This document shows, piece after piece, positions 25,646-38,600 of a stretch of 64,000 nt of DNA. Numbering within the stretch: the stretch's first letter is position 1; each line of letters begins with the position of its first letter. The translations under genes and the position numbers were made by a program. Under the pieces are notes generated by a model. The model saw nothing but the letters and a program-made list of their open reading frames with translations. It was not told where the DNA came from and did no database searches. This DNA comes from Eledone cirrhosa (taxonomy: Eukaryota): assembly GCA_964016885.1 (NCBI GenBank), contig OZ024743.1, forward strand, positions 197,346,001-197,410,000, written 5' to 3'.

Positions 25646-25848
25646 TATTTATTAAATATACAATCTATTGTAGAGAAAAGCGCTCAACCTGCTGGGAGCT
25701 AGATATATTTAAAGGTTAAACAAGGTTCAACGAATAAATCAAAGAATGAGTTTTACAATAGATTGGAAGCACTCAACTGGTATGGTTTTCCGGAGTTATT
25801 AATATTAATTCAAAATATTAACAAAATAGATATTCTTCTGATCAAGTA

Positions 25849-25915
25849 TATTTTATTATACATATTTCAGAGGTACTGAGTTAACTTCAACAGTACGTCC
25901 TCATCAGATAAAATA
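25849..25915 (-). ncRNA. Hammerhead ribozyme in 5' pLTR
   Basis: As 21084-21150, with perfect GTACTG/CAGTAC stem II. Confidence 0.85.
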
Positions 25916-26456
25916 AGATGATGCATGACATACCCTGACATAGTAGATGGTTAAGATTCAGTCATGGTAGTGAGTAATATATGACAAAACTCAATATTTA
26001 TATACCTTAATATTGAAACATGAAAAAAACTACATATAATACATATAATAGAGAGGGTGCGTGTGAGAAAGCTTAAAAAATACATGGCAGCAATATAACG
26101 GTTAAAGATTCAAATAATTTAAATTACTGAAGAAAGAGGAAAGAAAAGAAAAGCATAGAGAAAGAAACAGATGAAGGGATAATATAGCTAGTAGGAGCCT
26201 AGAAAGCAAAAGAGAGTTGATTACAGAGAGAGAGATAAAGAGGAATAATTTTTATAGTGTAATATATAGGGAGATAATAATTAGAACAACATTTGGGCTT
26301 AGCTTTAGGAAAAAGGAAAAAAAACTCAATTCATTGAATTATTGAAATATCTAAAAATATTCATCAATCGAAGTTTTAAATATAATTGGGTGTATTCATA
26401 TGAAGGTTAATACCAAGTCTTTAGACAATTATCTTATTTTATCTGATGCATCATTT

Positions 26457-26523
26457 TATTTTATCTGACGAGGACGTACTGTTGAAGTTAACTCAGTACC
26501 TCTGAAATATGTATAATAAAATA
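26457..26523 (+). ncRNA. Hammerhead ribozyme in inverted pLTR
   Basis: TATTTTAT-CTGACGA-GGA C GTACTG..CAGTAC C TCT-GAAA-TATGTA-TA|ATAAAATA. Confidence 0.85.
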
Positions 26524-26659
26524 TAATTGATCACAAGAATATCTATTTTGTTAATATTTTGAATTAATATTAATAACTCCGGAAAACCAAGCTGTTGAGT
26601 GCTTCCAATCTATTGTAAAACTCATTCTTTGATTTATTCATTGAACCTTGTTTAACCTT

Positions 26660-26718
<59 letters not shown>

Positions 26719-26876
26719 CCATACACCATAACTTGCGTTTATTACAAACCAGAAGTTTTCCTTGGTTTTTTAATTTTAGTTTCAGTGAAATCTCTTAGTT
26801 CCTCTGGCACAAGTATATATATATATATATTTACACACACACATATACATAAATGTATATATATATATATATATAG

Positions 26877-26917
<41 letters not shown>

Positions 26918-27916
26918 CATGTGTGTGTATGTAAGTAAGGACATTAGATAAAGAGGTATTCCCCTAGTGGAATTGAGTGTGTGTGGCAATTTGTTACAAA
27001 TCTGATTTTGCAGATACAAAGAACAAAGACAAAAAAAAAAAAAAAAAAAAAGTAAAAAAAAAGCAGAAACCATAACAAAGACTTTTTCTCCATTTAAGAG
27101 GACAATGAAAATAGCAGGAGTCAAGACAAGAGAGAGCAATAGATTTATGCAGTGTCTTGGAGAAAAAAGGAGGAAGGTAGGAGAAGGCCAATCCTAAAAA
27201 AAAAAGAAAAAAATGGAAACAAAATGGAAAAAAGAGAAAAGAAGAATTCTCATATTGAGAAGAGTAAATGTTTTGTTTCTAATTTTGACTCATTTTACTG
27301 TTTTGTGATGTAGCATGAAGAATATCTGCTAGTTTCATTAGATTTTGTGTTTTCTGTGGTAGGTTTGTGGCTATGCTGGCTGTGTGTCAAGACACTCACA
27401 CATCTTTAATTCTTAAACAGAAGAAAGGATACAAAAAAAAAAAAGAAACAACAAAAACAAACAAATTATAGAATAAAACAAAATAAAGAACCCTACCTTC
27501 CCTTTGAATTCTTTTAAATCTATTCTTTAGTTTCTAGAAAGGAAAGAGGGGGGGTCTAGTTGTTGTATTTATTTGTTTGTTTTTGTTGTTTTTTAAAGAA
27601 CATCAAATATCTCTTGTGCCATACAATACAAAAACGTGGGGGGAGTTCCTCATAAAATTTATTCAAAGAACATGAAGCAGAATTTTTGTTTAGGTCGGCA
27701 TTGTTAAAAAGTGGGTTCAATCCCAGTTGGGATTTCATTCATATCATTCAACTGTCCAACATTTGTTTATGACAATGAAGCTAATACAGAGAACTCTACA
27801 TTTGCATTATTCACATACAAAATCACAATATGCAATTGGAATAAAATACATTGTCATTAAAAAAAAAATAGACATGTATGTATACATTATGTCATGCATG
27901 CAAAAAACACAAATGT

Positions 27917-27947
<31 letters not shown>

Positions 27948-28544
27948 CATTCATATATACATACACACATACCCATATGGCAGTGTTGTTAAGAAGCTTG
28001 CTTCCTAAATACATGACTTCAAGTTCACTCCCACTTCATGCATTCTATTATAGCCTCAGACTAAACAATGCCTTCTGAGTTGAAATTCAGCAGATGGAAA
28101 CTGTGTGGAAGCCCATCATAATATATTGAAGTACTGGAGTGTTTGTGAAGGTGTGTGACTTAGTGGAGAGAGAACTAGATTTGAGGCTGTGAGTTTGATT
28201 TCTGGATTGGTCACAACTCCTGTCTTTTCTGCCAGGAGTTGTGACCAATAGATAGTATCAGCAATGGAAAGACCAATGGAAACATTGTTTCCTTGGTCTG
28301 TTTTGATGTGTTCTACCCAACTCGGTAAGTGAATGAGGTCTGGGATCTTGTCGATCATTAAATGAGAGGACTGTTTGAAATTTGAAAATGTGAGACTCCT
28401 AAATACAGAAAACAACTGTAGTAACAGTAGATCACTATAGATAATAGTTGAGATAATTGGGTAAATTATACTTTGAGACAGAAACAATGGATAGAGGCTT
28501 CTATGTTCATCTAATGATAATTTCCCCAATTTTCTCTATTAGCT

Positions 28545-31500
28545 ATCATCATCATCATCATCATCATCGTTTTACGTCCGTTCTTCCACGCTAGCATGGG
28601 TTAGACGGGTTGTCCTGTTGTGGGCAGTGTCTGGTCGGCTGACCATGCCTTGCTCATACAGGAACTGATTTGGCTTGATTTCTACAGCTGGATGCCCTTC
28701 CTAACACCAACCTCATTTACAGTGAGTGCTGGGTGCTTTTTCGTGGCGCCGACACGTCCACTTTACAGTGTGGGCTGGGTGCTTTTTTGCCGTGGCACCT
28801 CCACGACCACCTTGCGGTGGGGGGGTGTGGGGGCATATTGTCTATATGCTTCAGCTTGCACCCATGGGAGGTCGGGTACTCTGTATTACTGCGTGACGCC
28901 AGAAGTCACGGTCGTGTGTCATTGCCTTTGAGAGGTGTAATTGGGTAAGGTCGGCTTTTATCACCTCATCCCAGGTCATCTTGGGTCTCCCCACTCCGTG
29001 GTTTCCATCAACTTCTAGTGCTCTGCACCTTTTTATGCAGCTGTCATCCTTCATACGCATCACATGTCCATACCAGCGCAACCGCCTCTCCTGCACACAG
29101 CATTTGATTCCTCTTATGCTCAGTCTCTCTCTCAATTCCTTTATGCTTTGTCGTTCACGTATATTACTGTTACACATCCATCGGATCATGCAGATTTCGT
29201 TTCTCTCTAATCTACGTAAGTCTTCTACCTTCAGCGCCCAGGTCTCACTACCATGCAACATCGCTGTTTGGATACACGCATCATACAGTCTGCCTTTCAT
29301 TCTGAGGGAGAAGCCTTTTGCAGCTAGCAGTGGTAGTAGTTCCCTAAACTTCTTCCATCCCGTTCTTACCCTAGTTATTGTACTTTCTGAACACCCACCT
29401 CCACTGCTAATTCGGTCACCTAGGTAGCAGAAGCTGTCTACTGTTTCTACAGAGCCCTCCCAGAGATTGGTGGTACTTGTTTCCTGTGGCTATTTGCTGC
29501 TTGCTGTCCCAGCACAGCTGCTACATGTGAATCCTACATTCTTAATTAAGCTTCCTGAGATCCCGCTACATCTCTTGTGTACCCATTGTTTGCATTTGGG
29601 GCAGAGAATGGAGTTCCTACCTACACCTTTCCTACATACTGAGCAAGGCCATTTCCCTGAGGGGATCTGGGTTCTGTTTTCTCGTCTACTTACAAGGACC
29701 TTAGTCTTTGTCATGTTGACTTTGAGACCCTTTCTTTCTAGTCCCTGCTTCCAAGTTTGGAATTTATTCTCTAGTTCTACCATAGATTCAGCTATGAGTG
29801 CGAGGTCATCAGCATACAGGAGTTCCCATGGGCATCCGGTCTTAAACTCCTCCGTTATTGCCTGCAGGACTATAATGAACAGCAGGGGGCTAAGAACAGA
29901 GCCCTGGTGGACCCCAACCTGTATGCTAAATTCCTCGCTATACTCATTGCTAATCCTAACTTTGCTGACTGCTCCCCTATACATGGCTTGTACCGCTTTC
30001 ACAAGCCATTCATCTACTCCTAGTTTTCTAAGAGCCCACCAGATTACAGCACGTGGAACTCTGTCAAACGCTTTCTCAAGGTCGACAAATGCCAAGTAGA
30101 GTGGCTTACTTTTAGCTAGGTACTTTTCCTGTAATTGCCTCACAAGGAAGAGGGCATCAGTGGTGCCTCTTCCTGGTACAAACCCAAATTGCATCTCGTC
30201 TATTTTCACCCGGTCCCTAATCAGCTGTGCTATAACTCTTTCTGTTACTTTCATGACCTGGTCCATCAACTTTATACCTCTATAGTTTCCTCTATCTAGT
30301 GCATCGCCTTTACCTTTGTAGCAGTTGACAATGATGCTACTGCACCAATCTTTTGGTACGGCACCTTCTAGTATTACCTGGTTAACAATACGTGTGGTTA
30401 TAGTGTGACCTACAGACCCAGATGCCTTCAGCATCTCGGCAGCTATACCCGATGGACCGGTTGCCTTCCCCATCTTCATATCTCTGATTGCCTTACTTAC
30501 TACGCTGCCGCTGACTTGTACTGCTGGTCCCTCTATAGGGTCTACATGGGGTAGGGTCTCTTCTTCCCATGCATTCTCCTCATTTAGTAATCTATCATAA
30601 TGACTCTTCCATGCATCTTTCTTCTCAGCACTTGTGAGGGCAAGCTCACCTTTATCATTCCGGATATACTTCTCTCCAATGACATCACAACTATCTCTGA
30701 CACACTGCCTCGCAATCTTGAATACCTCCTGTTTCTGGTCCTCACGTTGCAAAACATGCTTGAATTTTCTATCCTCTGCTTCCCTCCTAGCTAAGTATAC
30801 TTGTCGCCTAGCTTCCCTCTTGGTCTCTATGTAATGTACCCTGCTCCCCCTGTTCTTCCATTCTTTCCATGCCTGTCTCTTGGCCTTAACTGCTTCATCT
30901 ACCTTATTGTTCCACCACCAAGTCACTCTCCTCCTGCTTGAGGTCTTACTCCAGCCACAGACCTCATCCGTCGCCTCTAGTAAATTATTTTTTAGGAACT
31001 CCCAGTTCTCTTCTACATTAAATGTCTCTATCTGTTCTTCTTTACTGTCGTAGGCGTTGAGTAAAATATCTTTAAATCTGTTACTGGTTGAGGGGACTTT
31101 CAGCTTCCAGATCTTTCTTCTCCAGGTTGGCCTCCGTTTCCGGGTTCGTCTAGTTCTGACCGTGAGGTCGCTGACAACTAAGCTATGTTGGGATGTAAAT
31201 TCCTCACTAGGGAAGGCTTTTGTGTTTACGACCGTCCATCTGTCACGTCCTCTGATGAGGATAAAATCTAACTGACTAGAGTGCTCCCCTGATCTATAGG
31301 TGATCAGGTGGTTGTCGGGTTTTTTAAAGTTTGTGTTACATATCGACATGTCATTGGCGTCGCAGAATTCTAGAAGTCTGAATCCTTCCTCATTCCTTGT
31401 GCCAACCGCATGGCCTCCATGTACTCTATTGAAGCCGTCGCAGTGTTTACCTACGTGTCCGTTAAAATCTCCTGCGATGATTAGGAAGTCATTGTGGTCT

Positions 31501-31975
31501 GTTAGAGCAGTAGTGTGCATTAGGGACTCGTAAAACCTATCCTTAAGTTCGTGTGACAGCCCCAATTGGGGTGCGTAAGCTGATATTATTGTGGTAATTG
31601 TTTTATTCAGGACTAGTCTGAGTTTAATGATTCTTGCATTTACCCTGTACACTGAGATTACTTTATCTACCCACTTGTCAGCTAGTAGTATACCTACACC
31701 ACCCATCCCATCGTCATTTCCCACCCAGAAAAATTTGTAGCACCGACTTTTTCCTACGAGGACTCTGGCAGACTCTCCTCTCCATCTAGTCCCTTGCACA
31801 CAGCATACATCAATTTTCTTTTGCTCTAGCATTTCTACGATTTCTCCTGCTCTTCCGTTCATTGAGCCTACATTGATGGTACCAACTCGGAGTTTTGGGC
31901 ATTTGTCGACACTCATAAGGAAGGGTCTCTGGGTTGGCGCTTCACGTGGGTGCTTGGTAGCTCGCAGATTCATAT
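28545..31975 (-). mobile_element. Near full-length RTE-clade LINE (subfamily A)
   Basis: Single long ORF with APE endonuclease + RT, 3' UTR and (GAT)n tail; essentially no recognisable 5' UTR. Confidence 0.95.
28851..31973 (-). pseudogene. RTE ORF (APE-EN, RT, PHD-like Zn finger) with one in-frame TAG at 29490-29492
   Basis: TINVGSM, GVG, SAYAPQ, GDFNGHVG, LDFIL; RT FVDLEKAFD, QGSVLSP, LYADD; C-x2-C...C-x2-C-x4-H-x2-C...C-x2-C. The frame continues K*PQETSTTNLWEGSVETVDSFCYLG to the stop at 28851. Confidence 0.9.
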
Positions 31976-32037
31976 TTCATCTATTGATTCAGAGTTGCTC
32001 AAATTTATTCTCAGGTCATCCATCTATAGTTATTTGA

Positions 32038-32580
32038 TTACTGTATATACTTGTATAGAAGCTGAGAGATATCATACACACATATCAATTAATGCATATA
32101 CTTGTATATAAGCTGAGAAATATGTGATAAAAATATTGATGGTAAAATGGGAGGGGGGCGCTTATATTTGAGATCAATATTTTGCCGATTTTCACCAACT
32201 TCAAAATTCAATGGAGATGGGATGCTAAAATATTTTCACTTTAGAAGTGAATATTACAGAAGTTTCACTTTCAACATGAAATTCATATTTCCTATTGCTT
32301 TTTATATGTTATGAATAAATATGTCCATCAAAACAGTCGTAAATTGGTTTAAAAGATCATTATGTAATAGAGTTGTGAAACAAAAACTATACTCTAAACA
32401 ACACTTAAAACATTTTAAATATCAAAATATTAAAACTTCATAAATATATTTCTCCACAATTTTCTAAACCACACCATCAAAACAAAATGTGTTGATTACT
32501 TACCTCGACTTGTAAACGGGGTTTGGATTTTTATTTATTTCTCATAAAATAGGGGCTGACTTATATTTGAGTAGGTATTT
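32038..32580. mobile_element. Decayed non-autonomous DNA-transposon-like repeat
   Basis: Shares TATAAGC(T/C)GAG...TTGATGGTAAAATGGGAGG...GCTTATA and TACCTCG..TTGTAAA..GG..TTTGGATTTTT with 55420-55580. Confidence 0.5.
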
Positions 32581-34189
32581 TTTGTATTTAGAACTTTCAC
32601 ACTTTCAAATTTCATTATGTAAATGTGGTTGGTGTTAGGAAGGGCATCCATCTGTAAAACCCCCAGCCAAATTTACAGTCCTGTCGGGGCAAGGTACAGC
32701 GTGACCAATTCTGGCCAGAGATGTCTCTTGACATGGACAACCTATCTAACCCATGCTAGTATAGAAAATGGACGTTAAACGGGTATGGTGATGATCATGA
32801 TGTGCATGTGTGTGTGTACATGTGTGTTTTTATCTACTTATGTCTTGTTGACACTGCTTAAAAACAGCTGGTGGTATTTGTGTATGTCCTGCATAAGCAG
32901 TTTAGAGGTTTGAAGGGTCAAAATCAGTGAAGTAGATACTATACATAAGAATAAGTAAAAGTTAGTATCAGGAAGGGAATCTGGCCATAGAATACTGTCT
33001 CACAGTCTATCTAACTCATGCCAACATGGAAAAGCAGACATAGAAATGATGATGACAATGATGATGATATGGTGGTGATGATGATAGTGGTGGTGATGAT
33101 ACGAAACAAAAAAAAACTATTTTTCAAATCTACAGAGAAATCCTAGATATTTTAAAAAAATATTTTAAAATATATTGATTACTACTAAATTAACATATCT
33201 TTTGGCAGAAAGGATGGTGTACATTTTATGCTTAGGTCAAAATTGTATTACCATTAATGTAAATGTATACAAATACATAGCAAAAGCTGCAATATAGTAG
33301 CTAGGGTAATAAGAATAATTAGTGGGCAGGTCACAGAAAATGACAATAAATGATTAATGTGATAGTAATTAAGAAATAAATTAAATGAAATGTTAACATG
33401 AAGTAATCAAAATGACATTGTATTTCCATTAAATGAACAATTTCATAATAGAAGATATTGTAGGTTCTACATCATCATTAGTAGCATTTAACATCCATTT
33501 TCCCTACTAGCAAGGGTTGGATAGGTCTTCACAGGCCACTTCAGTACTGAAGCAGGGATAGTGACCTCCCAGGCAGGTCAGGGGATCGCATCTCGCTTAT
33601 ATATGATTCCACATTCTACTGAGTGCTTTTTATCAAGGTACCAGCACGAGAGAGGTTGTCATGTCTTTGATTCAACTGAAGGGTCCTCCCTTCAGCCTTT
33701 CAATAGCTGGATGTCCTTATCAACAACTTTACAGCATGTACTAGATGCATTTATTATATAAATCAACTTTAAGGAAGTTGTCATGTCCTTCATACAACTG
33801 AAGGGACCTCCCAACCTTTTGACAATAATCATTTATTAATTCCATAATGGAGAAGTTATTCATATTATCCAGCCATCTTGCTCATGGTCTACCTCAAGGT
33901 CTCCTGCTAGTTGGCTTTACCCATCAAAAGACAAATGGGCTTTTTTCCCCTTTTTTTTCAATTTTGTTTTTATAAACAATAGCGTTGATGGTCATACGTT
34001 TCCAGTGAACCAACCACTGGTTCACCATATTGAAAATGGCATAGGTGAGAAGAGAGTGCCTATGCAAGTTGGACAGTTGCTTTTCCTTGAAAGCACTAGT
34101 TTATCAATCCTCTTGCTGATGTGTATCAATGAAAGAAGATTACATTGACTAAATACAAACACACACATATATATATATATATATTACAT

Positions 34190-34310
34190 TGCCATTCTGA
34201 GTTCAAATCCCGCTGAGGTTAACTTTGCCTTTCATCCTTACGGGGTCAATAAAATAAAGTACCAGTAATACACTGGTTAATTGGTGGCCTTGTGCCAAAA
34301 GTAGAAACAA
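34190..34310 (+). mobile_element. S2 SINE fragment
   Basis: Meta-type core between (TA)n tracts. Confidence 0.75.
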
Positions 34311-34494
34311 TTATATATATATATATATTATATATATATATATATAACATGTATATATATATATAACATATATATATATATATATTACATATATATATAT
34401 ATATTACATATATATATATATAACATATATATATAACATATATATATATATAACATATATATATATATAATATATATATATATATTATATATAT

Positions 34495-35118
34495 CATCAT
34501 CATCATCATTTAATGTCCATCTTCCACGCTAGCATGGGTTAGACGGGAGTTGTCCCACTTGGGGCAAGGTTGGTCGGGTGACCGTGTCTCGCTCATATAG
34601 GACTATCTGGCAGGTTTTCTACGGCTGGATGCCCTTCCTAACACCAACCACATTTACAGTGTGGAACTGGGAACTTTTTACCGTGTTACCTACACGGCCA
34701 CATTACAGCGTGGACTGTGTGTTTTTTTGTCGTGACACCTACACGATCTTCATCTCATTATCTCATTTATTTGGACTGGATGTTGTGGTACCAACTTTAC
34801 AGAGAGAGGGTGGTGTTGGTGGGAGTGGGAGGATAGGGTAGGGGTTACTATTACACATCCAACGGAGCATGCATGCTTCGTTCCTTTCCAGTCTGCGCAG
34901 GTCCTCTGCACGTAATGCCCATGTCTCACTGCCATGCAACATTGCTGTTCGTATACAGGCATCATATAATCTGCCTTTCATTTTTAAAGAGAAACCTTTG
35001 TGGCCAACAACGGTATAAGCTCTCTGAACTTTTTCCATCCCGTTCTGACTCTGGCTACTGTACTTTCAGAACACCATCCACCACTGCTGATTTCGTCACC
35101 CAGGTAACGGAAAGTGTC

Positions 35119-35122
<4 letters not shown>
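34495..35122 (-). mobile_element. RTE fragment with internal deletion
   Basis: MKGRLYDACIRTAMLHGSETW..WMCNSN fused directly to the 3' UTR. Confidence 0.85.
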
Positions 35123-35158
<36 letters not shown>

Positions 35159-35169
35159 CATATATATAT

Positions 35170-35640
35170 TCATCATTATCATCATCACCGTTTTACGTCC
35201 GTTCTTCCACGCTAGCATGGGTTAGACGGGTTGTCCTGTTGTGTGCAGTGTCTGGTCGGCTGACCATGCCTTGCTCATACAGGAACTGATCTGGCTTGAT
35301 TTCTACAGCTGGATGCCCTTCCTAACACCAACCTCATTTACAGTGAGTGCTGGGTGCTTTTTCGTGGCGCCTACACGTCCACTTTACAGTGTGGGCTGGG
35401 TGCTTTTTTGCCGTGGCACCTCCACGACCACCTTGCGGTGGGGGGTGTGGGGGCATATTGTTTATATGCTTCAGCTTGTACCCATGGGAGGTCGGGTACT
35501 CTGTATTACTGCGTGACGCCAGAAGTCACGGTCGTGTGCCATTGTCTTTGAGAGGTGTAATTGGGTAAGGTCGGCTTTTATCACCTCATCCCAGGTCATC
35601 TTGGGTCTCCCCACTCCGCGGTTTCCATCAACTTCTAGTT
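35170..35640 (-). mobile_element. RTE subfamily A 3' end
   Basis: Matches 28548-29020. Confidence 0.9.
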
Positions 35641-35679
35641 CTATATATATATATATATATTTAATATATATATATCATA

Positions 35680-38600
35680 CTAGCAGTTTAGCCCGGCGTT
35701 GCTCAGGTTTGTTCACTTGAAAAGTTACAAACAGGTAAACGTAGCTTGAAAGCGCATAAGCTCATCAATTAAGTGCATAAAGCAGTTGAACCGGTTATTA
35801 ATAGTTACAAACCAATTAGCATTTTGGACAATCAATGATGGGTTAATAATCTTCCAATAGCGAATTTAGTAGACCAAAGTTGCAAGATGGTGGCCCTGAT
35901 GCCGCTGGGTGTCAAATCTGTCCGCTATGGGTGACCCTACCAGTTTTCCAGACGGCATAGCTCCAACACCTCCAACACCTGCACCAACATCTATATCACC
36001 TCTTTGTAGACAATATTGCGTATTATCCCTTGAGGAGTATAAGCAAAAAGTCCATTCCTGCTCCCTACGTGGGAACAGGCAACATAAAGTTGGCCATGGG
36101 AGAAGCATGGCTCCCCCAAATGGATGCCCGCCACCAACAATGTTTGCCCTTGTGACTTGTTAATGGACCTGGCAAAACATGGTCTCACCGGAAATCGAAC
36201 GGGATATCTGATGCCGAGGGGATAAAGTTCATCCATCCTTGGAATGAAACCATTCTCCCCTCTCCCGCACCCCGTTACAATGGTGGCCTCAATCAAGTGG
36301 GGCGTCAGTGACTTGACGACCATGCGAGTACCGTTGCACTGCTTTGGTGGACGCAAGTTCCTTATTAGCATAATGGAACACCCAACCCTAAGCTTAAGAA
36401 TGTGAGGTGGGAGCCCTGGGGTTCAAGGGAATTTAATAACTCAACCGGATAATTAATGATATCATCGGGGTCTGATGTCCGGTCGATAGATTTGAAGATG
36501 TGTTCTTTACCAGGAATTTTCTCAATCAGCTGCTCGTTAATAAAATTAACCATGGTATTTTTCGGAGCAAGGATGGCTCTTTTGCAGAGCCAATCGAGGT
36601 TTTTAAAGTTAGATGAGACATATGAGGTCAGGAGGGCTGCTCACAATGTTGCACAGGGAGTCGATTGCTATGCTGCCCTTGTCATCCGCAGGGACCTTAC
36701 CCTTACCAAGTGCTAAAATATTCTGAGCAAATGCTGCAGACATGTTGTCACCATGCAAATGAGCACGCATATTTGTAATCAGGTACAAACTCTTCACCTG
36801 GAGCCACAATATGGACGACTTAAGACAGGCATGCACTTTATCAGCTCTTGTCACTTTGGGGATGAAAGGCAGCGTTTGCTGAAAATCCCGATAGCAGAAG
36901 GGTTACGCCGTAGAATCCCTAATGTCTTTCAGGGTCCTGTCCAATGCCTTAAGGGCACCCTTGTGTGCCATTGTGCACTCATCCCAAACAATGAGGCAAC
37001 ATTTTTTGAGAACCAGAGCTTCGTGTGAACTCTTGCTGATATTGCATATTGGTGTCTCAGTTTTTACTGAATCCAAGGGGAGTTTAAAGGTTGAATGTGC
37101 TGTCCTGCCTCTCGACAGCAAAGTAGCAGTGATCCCGGACGATGCAACGGCCAACACAATTTTTTTCTCCTGAAGAATCTTAGCGAGAATCAATTTCGTT
37201 ACATAAGTTTTTCCGGTACCCCCAGGAGCATCGAGAAAGTAAATACCCCCAGTCTGATTTTGAACCGCGTCAATGATAGTTAAATAAGCCACCCTTTGGT
37301 CTGACAGAAGTTTGGGCTCATTTTCTTCTAAGTATTGGGAAAGAGATTCAATGTCATATGCTGTTTCCCGCAACAAATCCGAGGCCAACGTGTTAGCTTC
37401 CTTTCTGACGGTTGACGGCAAGCCATACGTCGTCAACTCACTCCCACCCATTTCGAGGAGGGCCTCCTCGATATCAATGAGTGCCCTGTTGTAGATAATG
37501 TCGCTGTAACCAACTTCCACTGAAGGATACTGCAGATGAGCCAGGCGCAGGAAGTCCTCAGGCATGAAGTCTCTGTACTTGACCCATAAAGATTTGGGAT
37601 CACCTTATTCACACTTTTGAAGCAAAATAGCAAAGAGTTCCCGTAGACCTTTAGGTGATTTCAACAAAGCACCCTCTGCTAAAGTGGAATCCCATTGCGA
37701 ATCATCTTCCAAAAGACCACGCTTAAAGCAGGTTTCCCGGTATGTATCACTTATTTCTCCATCAACAGTTTTGAGGTCCTGAAAACTTTGTGGGCCTACA
37801 ACTTCATGCAGAAGAAGGCAGAGATGAAAGCACTCATGCTGACTTGGAGGCACAGTGTAACCCCTTCCAAGACAGCTGTCAAATTTTACACCAGGATGTC
37901 TTTCAGCAGCCTGACCTGACTTTCTTCGCACCCATGTGTTTTTCGACCATATAAAGTAGGATGAAACCTAGGAGTACACAATTATTTGCGCAAATGTATC
38001 GAACTGACAAAGTTTGAAGAAATCCGTCAGAGTGATCTCTTTCGGATCGGCGGCCAACTTGGCGGCGGTTTGGTCCGTAAAGTAAACCCTTTGCCCATTT
38101 TCCAAATGTACCAAAAGCTGTACGATGGTGGGGTGCCGTTGGTGTAGAGGTAAACCAAATAGGCGCCAAAAAGCTTCATTGCTACTGATGTACCGCCCCG
38201 CCAGGTATTCTGTGACCTCGTCCCTGCTATTTTCAGCTTGAAATGCGAACATTGCAGCATCAGAGCCCTTATTTACATATTTACATATGCATTTTATCGA
38301 CTTGACGGAGTTGCAAAACTCAACGTTGATGTGGGCGTTGAACATCTACAAGAGAAGCGGGCAGTAAGGGACCACCCGTTCTCGGGTCGTCTCCGCCTGT
38401 ACAGGGGGTACCCATCGCCACCAGTCTGAGTCTGGTCAACACATTTTTTGGGGTATCCCTTACTGCACGACCCCCCCTTTCAGACACATGTGATGCTCAT
38501 TAGGACCCGACGCACACGGACCATGAATCATGTTACCTTTGACGATGTCATGTAATTCCTGGTCAGTTGCTGGGTTAGGGATTTCAGCCGAAATGAAGCT

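Larger units (their letters stand above)
21038..26667 (-). mobile_element. Penelope-like element, Naiad-type, near full-length with tandem and inverted pLTRs
   Basis: Direct repeats 21038-21563 and 25803-26325, and an inverted copy at about 26446-26667 of 25704-25926. RT + GIY-YIG pseudo-ORF between the direct repeats. Flanked by (TA)n. Confidence 0.9.

Noticed and set aside
26940-27800. Candidate short terminal exons on the minus strand (similar signals at about 51.0 and 63.8 kb)
   Set aside because: Only splice-like signals next to poly-T; the peptides are short and unrecognisable.
31250-31262. CTGATGA inside the RTE ORF (also at 29806 and 14099)
   Set aside because: No stem II/GAAA arrangement; chance matches in coding sequence.
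29467-31533. Plus-strand ORFs overlapping the RTE
   Set aside because: Antisense shadows of the LINE ORF.
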